From the NCBI GenBank assembly GCA_028710695.1, contig JAQTTP010000009.1, positions 1-29,311 on the forward strand: a stretch of 29,311 nt of DNA, in the 5' to 3' direction. Origin of the DNA: Candidatus Iainarchaeum sp. (GTDB lineage: Archaea; Iainarchaeota; Iainarchaeia; Iainarchaeales; 0-14-0-20-30-16). Made by a program: the position numbers and the translations under genes. How positions within the stretch are numbered: the stretch's first letter is position 1; each line of letters begins with the position of its first letter. Shown in pieces: positions 18,057-27,104 of the stretch. The notes under the pieces are model-generated. The model was given only the letters and a program-made list of their open reading frames with translations. It did no database searches and was not told where the DNA came from.

Positions 18057-18097
18057 ATAACTCTTTTTATAAGATATAACTTGTTTAAGGGGATAAT

Positions 18098-21000
18098 ATG
18101 GCTGGAAATTATTTTCTATTTTTTAGTGTTTTTTTTGTGTTACTAATGTCTCTTGGATTTGGTTTCACAATAACTGATTGTAATCAAGTTCTTTCTGCAT
18201 CCGGAACGTATTATCTTCAAAATGACCTAAATATGGCAGACACTAATGGCTTAGAAGGAATGAATACTTATTGTTTAGAAGTAACTGGGGACGATATTAC
18301 AATTGATTGTAACGGTTTCAGAATAAAGAATGAAGATACTGTAATGAACACAATGGGAATATTGGGCAAAGCAGCAGCGCCAGGTGATTCAGTAGATAAT
18401 TTAAATATTGTTGGTTGTACCGCCACCAAATTACATTATTTAATTTATTTGTTGGAAGTTGATACTAAGGATTTAAATGTTTATAATTCCTCATTTGAGG
18501 CAGTTGGATTACAAACTTTGGCAACATTTTCTGAGTGTGGTTCTTATTTTGAAGGAATTTCTGGTAACATACTTACTAGAAATGACCTTAATACTTATTG
18601 GGATTTGACAGACAATAACGCCTGCTTAGAGATAAGAAATTCTTCGCATGTTCAAGTAGATTTTGACACCATGTGGTCAAATGCTCTTTTTGGAACAGAT
18701 AATAATAGTAGTCACATAGGTATTTTAGTAGATGATAATTCTGCAGGAACTACATTTTTGGATTTAAATATTTCTGATGTTTATACTGGATTGAGTACAG
18801 AGTCAACAATATCAATAATCAATTCTAAATTTTTTGATATAAATGACCTTTATTTTTCTGATTATAATATTAGTGTTCTGAATACTAAAGTTGATGATCA
18901 AAATTTAATTTGGTTTAATAAATATATTCCAAGTGCTACCTGCCCAACAGATTTTAATTCTGATTATGATAATGCAATGGCATATGTATTTTATGATTGT
19001 GATTATCCTACTGAATTTGATGTAAATGGCTTGGAACTAACTGATAATGTAGTTTCTGGGGTTGGATCATTACCCCCCTTCTATTTTTATGATGTTAATA
19101 ATATAACAATCCATGATTTTAATGTGCAACTTAATCCAGTAGGTTCTAATGTAACACAAAGTGTTGTGTACTACAAACAACATGGTTATGCACCAGTTAT
19201 GGGCGTTGGATGTGCTGGGGGCCTTATTACTCCTGCAATTTACGGTTATCCAGTTAAAATAAGGGATACGTATATAAACAATCCAAATCCCAATTTTGCA
19301 TATCTTACAACCATTTATACTATTGGATATGGTGAGCGTTTTTATGATGTAAATGTAGATGGTAATATTTATGCTGCGACCTCGGTTGAGGGGTTGGGGT
19401 CATATTCTGCAAAAGATTTGAATTTTAATGGTGATTTTGTCTGGTCATTTTCTAATTATGACTCTGATAATAATTGTCCAAATGATGTTAATTCAGATTA
19501 TAATTCTGGCGCCACATATGCATTTATATCTTGTGCGGCTGAACAAGTTTTGGATAGTATTGTTTTTGATAGTTCTTATACTCTGTTCCCTAATACAAAT
19601 ACCCATCAAGTATATTCTTACGGCTCTGATGTGAATCTTTCTAATATTGACTTTAATGGTTCTGATGGGTCTGTAAAGATTGGTTATGGGACATTGAAAT
19701 TACAAGATTCAAATATACTATCTTCCGCAACAACAAACATATATTTATGTAACTCCAATTTTACTGCTTATGATTCTAATGTATATGCTTCTTTAGGGTA
19801 TCCTTTGCTATTTGATTTTAATGTTATATTTGATATAAACAATTCAAGTTTTTTTGGAGACAACACATTTAAGAATGATCCAACTTTTTTAGGATTTTCT
19901 GACTGCGTATCTGGTGACATAAAAAATAGTAATTTTGATATAAATGGAACGGGGGATTATTCTTTGTCGATAGCTAATGGTTCAGACTGTACTGACTCAT
20001 TAGACTTTAACAATAACACAATTTATGATGCAACAGTATTTTCCAATTATATTGGAAACTTTTTAGATAATAATTATGACGACTCAGATCCAACTCCTGC
20101 AGATTTTAATGATTCAATAGATGCAAATTTCTATAACAACACTTTTGAAATAATTGACTTTTATGATGCAGTAGGAACAGTGAATTTCTATGATAATTTG
20201 TTGACAACATATATAACTGGAACAAGCTCAATAAATATTGTTGATGCTAATTTAACTGCGACGATATATGACAATAATATTTATAACAATTTTGATTGTT
20301 CAACTTGTGGAAATTTAATGATTTCAGGAGATTCTAATGGGCAATATTCTGCTTATAATAATATATTTTATATTGAAAGTGACGCAAACTATTTTGATAT
20401 TTCCGCAGATTCTTTAGATATTACTTTTGACTTAAACACAGACCTAAATTGTACCGGCAGCAGAAACCTGCTACAAGGAACTTGCATGGGCGGAAACTAC
20501 TGGACTGCTGGCACCTACTTGAGCGAGTCAGATATCTGTGAAGATAGAAACTCTTATTATGGAATATGTGATACAAACTATGCTCCAACTGGGCAATCAA
20601 CTTTCTATGATTATCACCCTTTAACAGATATGTTGTTAGTGGATCCGGGAGTAAGTCCGACAAATGTAGAATATACTGATGGAACTGACTCTGTTGACTT
20701 TAATTTGACAACAAGTTTTTATGATATGTATTATAGCGCCGGAGATTACTATAAAGACGGAGTAAACATGGATGTGAATCTGAACTTGTATTATGCTTTG
20801 GTAAGTGATTGGACTGGATTTGATTATAAACTAAGAAAACAAATAACTTTAACAAATAATGATTCTGTTCAAAAAAATTCTTTTACTTTGGATCTAAACT
20901 TTGAAGATTATACTGGTCTTGATATTAACCCATACCAAATTTCTTTTTCAAGTGAAGTGAATCACTTTACAACACTTAATACTGACCTAAATGCTCTGAA

Positions 21001-22906
21001 AGTGGAAGTTGCATTAGCTGATTTTTTAGCTACTGGTGCAGACACAAACATTTATGTGTATTATGATTACAAGTGGTATGACAAAGAAGATGATGTAAAC
21101 ACAACATATCCTAATTTCTATTCTTGGAAATCATCGTCGCTATATGATTTTAATGGAGACTTTTATTCAGTAGAACCAGCAAATTCTACCTACTCTGTTG
21201 CTTTTGGAACAAGTAATCCTACAAGTGACAGTGATATACAAATATTTTTGTTTAATGAGACCAGTACTGGAAGAGTATCATCGAGCGAAGTAGTTGAAAT
21301 AGATGGAAATGCAGTTGGGTATGGTGGAATTTATAATTCAAATGATGGAAACTACCTAGTTTATGGAAAATTGGATTCAAATGCTGCTGCATATCTGCTT
21401 GATGGAAATGATTTTTCTTTAGTTACTACTCTTGATTTTAATTATACAGGGCATGTAAATGAAGGATTAATTGGATCTGATGGAAACTATTATTTGCTTG
21501 TGGGCAGAGATACAAATGCAACAGTTTACAAGTTTTCTCCAGATTTGCTGACTATTTATGATTCCAATCTTTTAACTAGTATTACTGTTGAGAAAGATAT
21601 AATAGAAGCAGATGGAAATATTCTTACCTTAGGAGTAACTGCTCTTGGGGGCAGTGTAATATATGACCTGAACTCTGATTTGGATGTGTCATCTAGTCTT
21701 GCAATAAATGGGGTTTTAATGGTTGAAATGGAAGAAGATGAAGACGGAAATATAATTTATGTTGGAAGAGAGGATGGAAGTAATTCAGTAATGTTGAAAA
21801 AATATGATAGAGATATGTCAACCTTGATTTCTGATAAAAATTATTCTGGTTATACAATAGATAATACCGATTATATAGATCTGGAAATGTATGATGGTAA
21901 TACTTATTACAATGGTTCATCAATGGACTATAACTACATATTAAGATTTTCAAATAGAGTCCCGGCATATTCCTGGATTTTGTATTTAGATTCTGACCTG
22001 AACATAGTTGCAAGGGGGTATTATTTAAATACAGTTTTTACTGAGGAATCACATATAGAAAATAATAAGCAATATGTTGGAACTACAGTTGCAGATGTGT
22101 ATACCTTTGAGTTAGACAGAGAACAAATAGAATCAACGGAAGCATATGATGAACCAACTCTGCTTACAAATGGAACAATAGAAGATTATTGTAGTACTAC
22201 AAATTTGGCGGAGCAGGTAGGAGAGGATTGTAATTATTCTGCGAACTTTTCTGGGTTCACTAATGATACAAATTATGTAATGATGATGTACTCAGAATCA
22301 AGGACTGCAAGCCAATTGTTTAGAAAAAATATGAATTATTTCTTTTTCAGTGTACCAACAATAAATACTGGTGGAAGCACAGACCCGGGTGGTGATGGCC
22401 CAGGCGGAGATGGCGGGGTGCCTGATGCAAATGAACCAGAAATAGATGTAAATGACCCGATTATTCCTGATGAACCAGATGAACCACATTCAATCAATAA
22501 TCCGGATTGGAATAAAGGAGAACCAATAATTGATTTCAAACCAGAAATCTTTTTGGGAGAGAGCCAAGGGGTTGGAATATTTAAAGATAAAGTTTGTGTA
22601 GTTGGCGCAAAGATCAAGGTAATAAGCCCAAGCGGAAAAGTGTCTGAGTATGTAATGGACGAGAAATGTAAATTGGAGTTTATCCCTACTGAAGAAGGGA
22701 ACTATATTATGGAAATTACTTTGCCTGATGGAACAAAGATTATAAAACAATTCAAGGTAAAGCCAAAAAGTAAAGTTGGGCTATTTGATGATGGGACCAC
22801 GGTTTGGATATATATTGTTGGTGGTATTGTAATACTTGGATCAATTGGATATATAGTTTACAGATTTTTTATTAAAGATAGAATGAGGGGTTTGGGAGAT
22901 GTATAA
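18098..22906 (+). CDS. giant surface protein, 1602 aa: parallel beta-helix (NosD-like) repeats, DUF2341-like domain, beta-propeller-like region, Gly/Pro linker, C-terminal TM
   Basis: 'CNQVLSASGTYYLQNDLNMAD...CLEVTGDDITIDCNGFRIKN' NosD-like start; 'DYKLRKQITLTNNDSVQKNSFTLDLNF...NIYVYYDYKWYD'; 'GGSTDPGGDGPGGDGG'; TM 'VWIYIVGGIVILGSIGYIVYRFF'. Confidence 0.88.
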   Translation: MAGNYFLFFSVFFVLLMSLGFGFTITDCNQVLSASGTYYLQNDLNMADTNGLEGMNTYCLEVTGDDITIDCNGFRIKNEDTVMNTMGILGKAAAPGDSVDNLNIVGCTATKLHYLIYLLEVDTKDLNVYNSSFEAVGLQTLATFSECGSYFEGISGNILTRNDLNTYWDLTDNNACLEIRNSSHVQVDFDTMWSNALFGTDNNSSHIGILVDDNSAGTTFLDLNISDVYTGLSTESTISIINSKFFDINDLYFSDYNISVLNTKVDDQNLIWFNKYIPSATCPTDFNSDYDNAMAYVFYDCDYPTEFDVNGLELTDNVVSGVGSLPPFYFYDVNNITIHDFNVQLNPVGSNVTQSVVYYKQHGYAPVMGVGCAGGLITPAIYGYPVKIRDTYINNPNPNFAYLTTIYTIGYGERFYDVNVDGNIYAATSVEGLGSYSAKDLNFNGDFVWSFSNYDSDNNCPNDVNSDYNSGATYAFISCAAEQVLDSIVFDSSYTLFPNTNTHQVYSYGSDVNLSNIDFNGSDGSVKIGYGTLKLQDSNILSSATTNIYLCNSNFTAYDSNVYASLGYPLLFDFNVIFDINNSSFFGDNTFKNDPTFLGFSDCVSGDIKNSNFDINGTGDYSLSIANGSDCTDSLDFNNNTIYDATVFSNYIGNFLDNNYDDSDPTPADFNDSIDANFYNNTFEIIDFYDAVGTVNFYDNLLTTYITGTSSINIVDANLTATIYDNNIYNNFDCSTCGNLMISGDSNGQYSAYNNIFYIESDANYFDISADSLDITFDLNTDLNCTGSRNLLQGTCMGGNYWTAGTYLSESDICEDRNSYYGICDTNYAPTGQSTFYDYHPLTDMLLVDPGVSPTNVEYTDGTDSVDFNLTTSFYDMYYSAGDYYKDGVNMDVNLNLYYALVSDWTGFDYKLRKQITLTNNDSVQKNSFTLDLNFEDYTGLDINPYQISFSSEVNHFTTLNTDLNALKVEVALADFLATGADTNIYVYYDYKWYDKEDDVNTTYPNFYSWKSSSLYDFNGDFYSVEPANSTYSVAFGTSNPTSDSDIQIFLFNETSTGRVSSSEVVEIDGNAVGYGGIYNSNDGNYLVYGKLDSNAAAYLLDGNDFSLVTTLDFNYTGHVNEGLIGSDGNYYLLVGRDTNATVYKFSPDLLTIYDSNLLTSITVEKDIIEADGNILTLGVTALGGSVIYDLNSDLDVSSSLAINGVLMVEMEEDEDGNIIYVGREDGSNSVMLKKYDRDMSTLISDKNYSGYTIDNTDYIDLEMYDGNTYYNGSSMDYNYILRFSNRVPAYSWILYLDSDLNIVARGYYLNTVFTEESHIENNKQYVGTTVADVYTFELDREQIESTEAYDEPTLLTNGTIEDYCSTTNLAEQVGEDCNYSANFSGFTNDTNYVMMMYSESRTASQLFRKNMNYFFFSVPTINTGGSTDPGGDGPGGDGGVPDANEPEIDVNDPIIPDEPDEPHSINNPDWNKGEPIIDFKPEIFLGESQGVGIFKDKVCVVGAKIKVISPSGKVSEYVMDEKCKLEFIPTEEGNYIMEITLPDGTKIIKQFKVKPKSKVGLFDDGTTVWIYIVGGIVILGSIGYIVYRFFIKDRMRGLGDV

Positions 22907-23861
22907 AGACTTTTCGAATCTGGAGAAAACCGAAAAAAAAATAAAATCCTTGGAGATACAAGGGGCATCTAAGATAGAGAGAAGCGTGGAAGATGCAATA
23001 ATAAAGGATTTAACTAAAAATAAAGCAAAGAATATAAAAGATCTGAAAAAAGAATTGGTGAAACTACTTGGTAAAGTCTGGATGCTTAGACCAACTGAAC
23101 CAGCTCTTAGAAGTTTTGTTTATTATTTGTATCTTATGATAATACAAGATGATTCTAAAGATTCTGAATCTTTTGCAAAGAAAGTTATTAAATTCACAAA
23201 AAGGGATTTGCAAGAATCAGAAAAAGGGAAAAAAACAATTGCTGAAAGCTTTGTGGATATGTTCGATAAAGAAGTTGTTGTGTTTACCCATTGTCACTCA
23301 CATACTGTTGAATACTGTATTGAAAAACTATCTGATGCTGGGTTGTTAGATTATGTTATAAATACAGAAACTAGACCTGCATTCCAAGGCAGAATTACTG
23401 CAAAAAATCTTGTGGAAAAAGGAATAAAAGTAAAACATGTGGTGGATTCTGGTGCTTATCAGATGATGGACAAAGCAGATGTTTTTGTTAGCGGTTGTGA
23501 TGGCATTTTATCTAATGGATCCATAGTAAATAAAATTGGAACAACGCAGATAAGTATGATTGCAGAAAAGTTTAATGTGCCACACTATGTATTGACACAT
23601 ATTGATAAATTTGACCCGCTTTCTTTGTATGAATCAGAACCGAATTTGGATAAAAGAGCGCCAGAAGAAGTGTGGGATTACAAGAACAAAAATCTGGAGA
23701 TAATAAATAATGCATTTGACTTGGTGCCGTCTTATTTGATACAACAAATTATAACTGACAAAGGTAATTTTGATCCTTATGGAGTCGGAGATTATTATCT
23801 GAAACAGGTTAATGCTCACAAATTTAAAGAAGTTTTTGATATGTTTTCTAAAGGGTGTTGA
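22899..23861 (+). CDS. ribose-1,5-bisphosphate isomerase (eIF2B-like family)
   Basis: 'VVVFTHCHSHTVEYCIEKL', 'VINTETRPAFQGRITAKNL', 'KHVVDSGAYQMMDKADVFVSGCDGILSNGSIVNKIGTTQISMIAEKFNVPHYVLTHIDKFDP'; directly followed by AMP phosphorylase. Confidence 0.9.
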   Translation: MYKDFSNLEKTEKKIKSLEIQGASKIERSVEDAIIKDLTKNKAKNIKDLKKELVKLLGKVWMLRPTEPALRSFVYYLYLMIIQDDSKDSESFAKKVIKFTKRDLQESEKGKKTIAESFVDMFDKEVVVFTHCHSHTVEYCIEKLSDAGLLDYVINTETRPAFQGRITAKNLVEKGIKVKHVVDSGAYQMMDKADVFVSGCDGILSNGSIVNKIGTTQISMIAEKFNVPHYVLTHIDKFDPLSLYESEPNLDKRAPEEVWDYKNKNLEIINNAFDLVPSYLIQQIITDKGNFDPYGVGDYYLKQVNAHKFKEVFDMFSKGC

Positions 23862-23862
23862 T

Positions 23863-25380
23863 ATGAAGAGCCATTATAGAATGAAATTAAAAGTAAAACC
23901 AATAGAGATGGAAACTGGGACCTATGTTGTAGTAATGAATAAAGAAGATGCTAAAGAACTTGGTGTAATGCCTTTGGAGCGAATAGAAATACATAATGAC
24001 GATACCCAAGAAAGTATTGGTGTTGTTGTGAATGTTTCAAAAAACTTTGTGAAAAAAGGAGAACTTGGAGTATACAAAGATGTGTTTGAAGCAATAAAAC
24101 CATCAAAAGAACTATATGTTGGTATTTCAAAGCACTTAGATAGTGTAACTTATATTAAGAAAAAATTACAAAACCAAAAATTGACTTATGATGAAATAAA
24201 ATGCATTGTGGATGATATAAATAATAATTATTTGTCACAGATTGAGATGGCATCTTTTATGACTGCCGTGTACATAAATGGATTTGATTTGGATGAATCA
24301 TATTCTATGGCAGACTCTATTTTAAAAAGCGGAAATATAATTGATTTTAATAAGCCCAATATTGTAGATAAGCACTGTATTGGTGGAATAAATGGAAGAG
24401 CAACTATGCTTGTTGTTCCTATTATTGCTGCAGCAGGTTTGACGATGCCGAAAACATCTTCAAGAGCAATAACTTCTGCTGCAGGAACTGCAGATTCAAT
24501 GGAAGTCCTTGCAAATGTAAACCTTTCTTTTGAAGATATGAAAAGAATTTTAGACAAAACAAATGGATTTATTGCTTGGGGTGGAGCATTAGATATTGCA
24601 CCAGTGGATGATAAGATAATTAAAATTGAGTATCCGTTATCATTAGACCCGCATGGACAGGTAATTGCTTCCGTTCTTGCAAAAAAAGCAAGTGTTGGAG
24701 CAAAGAAAGTTATAATTGATTTACCTGTTGGCCCAGAGCTTAAAGTAAAAACTATTGATGAAGCAAGAAAGCTTGCAGAAGGGTTTGTAATTGTGGGTAG
24801 AAAGTTAGGGATGGAAGTTAAGTCTTTAATTACTAATGGGTCTGTGCCTTCAGGTCCTGCTTTTGGATGTGCTTTAGAAGCTAAACAAGTTCTTGAAATT
24901 TTGGAAGGAAAAGTTCATGATAATTTGGCAGAGAAAGCTTGTGAGCTTGCGGGGATCCTTTTAGAAATGGGTGGAAAGGCCAAAGAAGGCGAAGGACTAA
25001 AGAAAGCTAAGCAAATTTTGAATAGTGGTCAGGCTTTGAAAAAAATGAAAGAGATAATTGCGGCTCAAGGAGAGATTTGTTCTAGCTCTGAGAAAGTGCC
25101 TATAAGTGACAAATTCATAGATGTTTATGCAGAGACAAGCGGATACGTTTCTGATATGAGCATAAAAGGATTAAATCAGATTGCGAGATTTGCTGGTGCA
25201 CCGAGTGATAAACTTGCAGGTGTTCTTTTGCATGTGAGACCACACTCAGATATAAATCGTGGAGATAAACTTTACACAATTTATGGAACCAACTTAGACA
25301 AGCTTCAATTTGCTTATGCTTATGCAAAGAAGATAAAGCCAATACACTTTGAAAACATAATTCTGAGCAGGGTAGAATGA
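23863..25380 (+). CDS. deoA: AMP phosphorylase
   Basis: 'DKHCIGGINGRATMLVVPIIAAAGLTMPKTSSRAITSAAGTADSMEVLANV', 'GFIAWGGALDIAPVDDKIIKIEYPLSLDPHGQVIASVLAKK'; AGGGTG site before ATG 23863, so the track start 23812 is likely too early. Confidence 0.93.
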   Translation: MKSHYRMKLKVKPIEMETGTYVVVMNKEDAKELGVMPLERIEIHNDDTQESIGVVVNVSKNFVKKGELGVYKDVFEAIKPSKELYVGISKHLDSVTYIKKKLQNQKLTYDEIKCIVDDINNNYLSQIEMASFMTAVYINGFDLDESYSMADSILKSGNIIDFNKPNIVDKHCIGGINGRATMLVVPIIAAAGLTMPKTSSRAITSAAGTADSMEVLANVNLSFEDMKRILDKTNGFIAWGGALDIAPVDDKIIKIEYPLSLDPHGQVIASVLAKKASVGAKKVIIDLPVGPELKVKTIDEARKLAEGFVIVGRKLGMEVKSLITNGSVPSGPAFGCALEAKQVLEILEGKVHDNLAEKACELAGILLEMGGKAKEGEGLKKAKQILNSGQALKKMKEIIAAQGEICSSSEKVPISDKFIDVYAETSGYVSDMSIKGLNQIARFAGAPSDKLAGVLLHVRPHSDINRGDKLYTIYGTNLDKLQFAYAYAKKIKPIHFENIILSRVE

Positions 25381-25423
25381 TTTAGTTATAATATTAAAAT
25401 AGAAAAAAGGAAAGAAAAAAGAA

Positions 25424-25972
25424 TTATGCTTTTTTCTTTGTCAAAGTTTCTGCAAGTTTCTCAATTTCTTTTATGCTGTCAATAACATCTTGTTCTGACT
25501 TTGCACCTGCACAGATTATCTTTCCGTTCTTGAATAAAAGTAGACTAACTTTTGGTTTGTAAAGTCTAATTATTGCTCCAGGAAATTGCTCTGGCTCGTA
25601 CTCAACATTATCTAATTCTAAAGCCATATCAAACAAGTTAAATGTTTTATCTATTTGGGCATTAGCAACTATATTTACAATTTCATATACTGGTTTTGTT
25701 TGAATTTGTATGTCTGGTTGGAATTTGTGAATTATTTCTGAGCATCTTTTTATTGCCAAAGGCACTTCTTCGTCTGAGCTCGCACCAGCACAAATTATCT
25801 TTCCATTTTTGAACAAAAGTAAAGTAACTTTTGGTTCTGTTAGTCTCATTATTGCTCCTGGAAATTGTTCTGGTTCATATTCTATGTCTGGGTGGCTTAC
25901 TGCCAAATTAAATAAATCTAATTGACCACCTAAAAAAGAAGATGCTACTCGATTAACTATCTTATACTTCAT
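25424..25972 (-). CDS. tbp: TATA-binding protein
   Basis: Two pseudo-symmetric repeats: 'YEPEQFPGAIMRLTEPKVTLLLFKNGKIICAGASSDEE' and 'YEPEQFPGAIIRLYKPKVSLLLFKNGKIICAGAKSEQD'. GAGGTG site before ATG 25972; track start 25987 is a TTG. Confidence 0.97.
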   Translation of the reverse strand: MKYKIVNRVASSFLGGQLDLFNLAVSHPDIEYEPEQFPGAIMRLTEPKVTLLLFKNGKIICAGASSDEEVPLAIKRCSEIIHKFQPDIQIQTKPVYEIVNIVANAQIDKTFNLFDMALELDNVEYEPEQFPGAIIRLYKPKVSLLLFKNGKIICAGAKSEQDVIDSIKEIEKLAETLTKKKA

Positions 25973-26023
25973 ACTTTTACACCTCAAAGAGAGTAAATTT
26001 ATTTAAAAATTTTTATGACCCTA

Positions 26024-26054
26024 TTTATAAATATAATAGAAACCTTTATAAATA
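26024..26054. promoter_or_regulatory. two TTTATAAATA elements (26024-26033, 26045-26054) between divergent genes
   Basis: Exact TATA-box-like decamers in the tbp / 26109 intergenic region. Confidence 0.5.
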
Positions 26055-26108
26055 AACTATTATATAATATCTATGTTTAACGTATGTTTAACAGATGGGT
26101 GATGATTA

Positions 26109-27023
26109 ATGTATGATGATGCTCCTGCAGGACCAGATCCTTTAGCTAGTTATGCTGACTCCGGAAGTGGAAGTGGCTTTTTTGCAAAAATAAAGGCACA
26201 CTCTGAAGTATGGATACCTCTAGTTTTGATAATAATTTTGTTCTTGTTTTTATCAGTTTATTTTGGTCTGATAGATGCTAAGTCAGTTCCATTAGTTGGG
26301 GGATTACTTTCAAGTATAATGGGCGACTACAAACAAATTTTATTGGTTGGACAGCCATGGGATGGCCCTTACCAAAATGACACAATTGTAGAAATAATGC
26401 AACAAGGTTTGAATGGTCAAAAATACAAAATTAAGCAAATAGAAAGCTCACAGAACTTTTCACATAACCCTGAAAACCAGATAAAAAATTATGATTTAAT
26501 AATTTTAGATCAGACAATGCTTAGTGATAAATCAATACCACCTGATTTTGCAAATGCGCTAATTGATTATGTGTTTGCAGGCGGAAAATTAATAATTGTT
26601 GGAGACTCAGCAACATTTGTAACAGGAAGACCAGAGAAGATTGGTTTGCCAGCAACATTTAATGAGAGCATGGCACCAGTTGACTGTATGAGCCCAATAG
26701 ATGGTGGCCCAAAATGTACAATGCCTATACCATTGCCAGCAGGAATTTGGTATAATACTTATGAAACAAAGCTATTCCAAGGAATCGACAAGATACCTCC
26801 AAATCCTTTAACACAAGGATTACAAGGATTGCCTTTTACAGTATTTGATGTTTCCCCACAAGGTGACGAGTGGGCATATATCCAAGATGTTGTAAGCGGT
26901 AAAATCTTTACTGGGATTGTAAAGAACGGATATGGTGTTGGAAAGGTAATATACATTAACTATCAAGAAGTAGGATTAACACCAAGTGTATTGGAATATG
27001 TAGTTGAAGAATTAATAGGTTAG
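26109..27023 (+). CDS. membrane-anchored protein with a Rossmann-like or glutaminase-like (ThuA/DUF4350-like) domain
   Basis: TM 'WIPLVLIIILFLFLSVYFGLI', then 'KQILLVGQPWDGPYQNDTIVEIMQQGL', 'NYDLIILDQTML', 'NALIDYVFAGGKLIIVGDSATFV', 'GKVIYINYQEVGL'. Confidence 0.7.
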   Translation: MYDDAPAGPDPLASYADSGSGSGFFAKIKAHSEVWIPLVLIIILFLFLSVYFGLIDAKSVPLVGGLLSSIMGDYKQILLVGQPWDGPYQNDTIVEIMQQGLNGQKYKIKQIESSQNFSHNPENQIKNYDLIILDQTMLSDKSIPPDFANALIDYVFAGGKLIIVGDSATFVTGRPEKIGLPATFNESMAPVDCMSPIDGGPKCTMPIPLPAGIWYNTYETKLFQGIDKIPPNPLTQGLQGLPFTVFDVSPQGDEWAYIQDVVSGKIFTGIVKNGYGVGKVIYINYQEVGLTPSVLEYVVEELIG

Positions 27024-27104
27024 AATTAACCTATTCCCTTTTTTATTTTTGTTTTTTTACATAGATCTAAAAACAAATAAATACCTCTTTGTCTATATTT
27101 GATT

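Noticed and set aside
22899-23861. Translation initiation factor eIF2B subunit or methylthioribose-1-phosphate isomerase
   Set aside because: The THCHSH segment and immediate linkage to AMP phosphorylase favour ribose-1,5-bisphosphate isomerase within this superfamily.
25424-25972. Internal repeat in tbp (YEPEQFPGAI.RL..PK..LLLFKNGKIICAGA twice) as a novel duplication
   Set aside because: This is the well-known pseudo-symmetric two-fold repeat of TATA-binding proteins.
27024-27104. Poly-T-rich stretch after the 26109-27023 gene as a regulatory RNA
   Set aside because: It is most simply explained as an archaeal T-rich terminator followed by the AT-rich promoter of the next gene.
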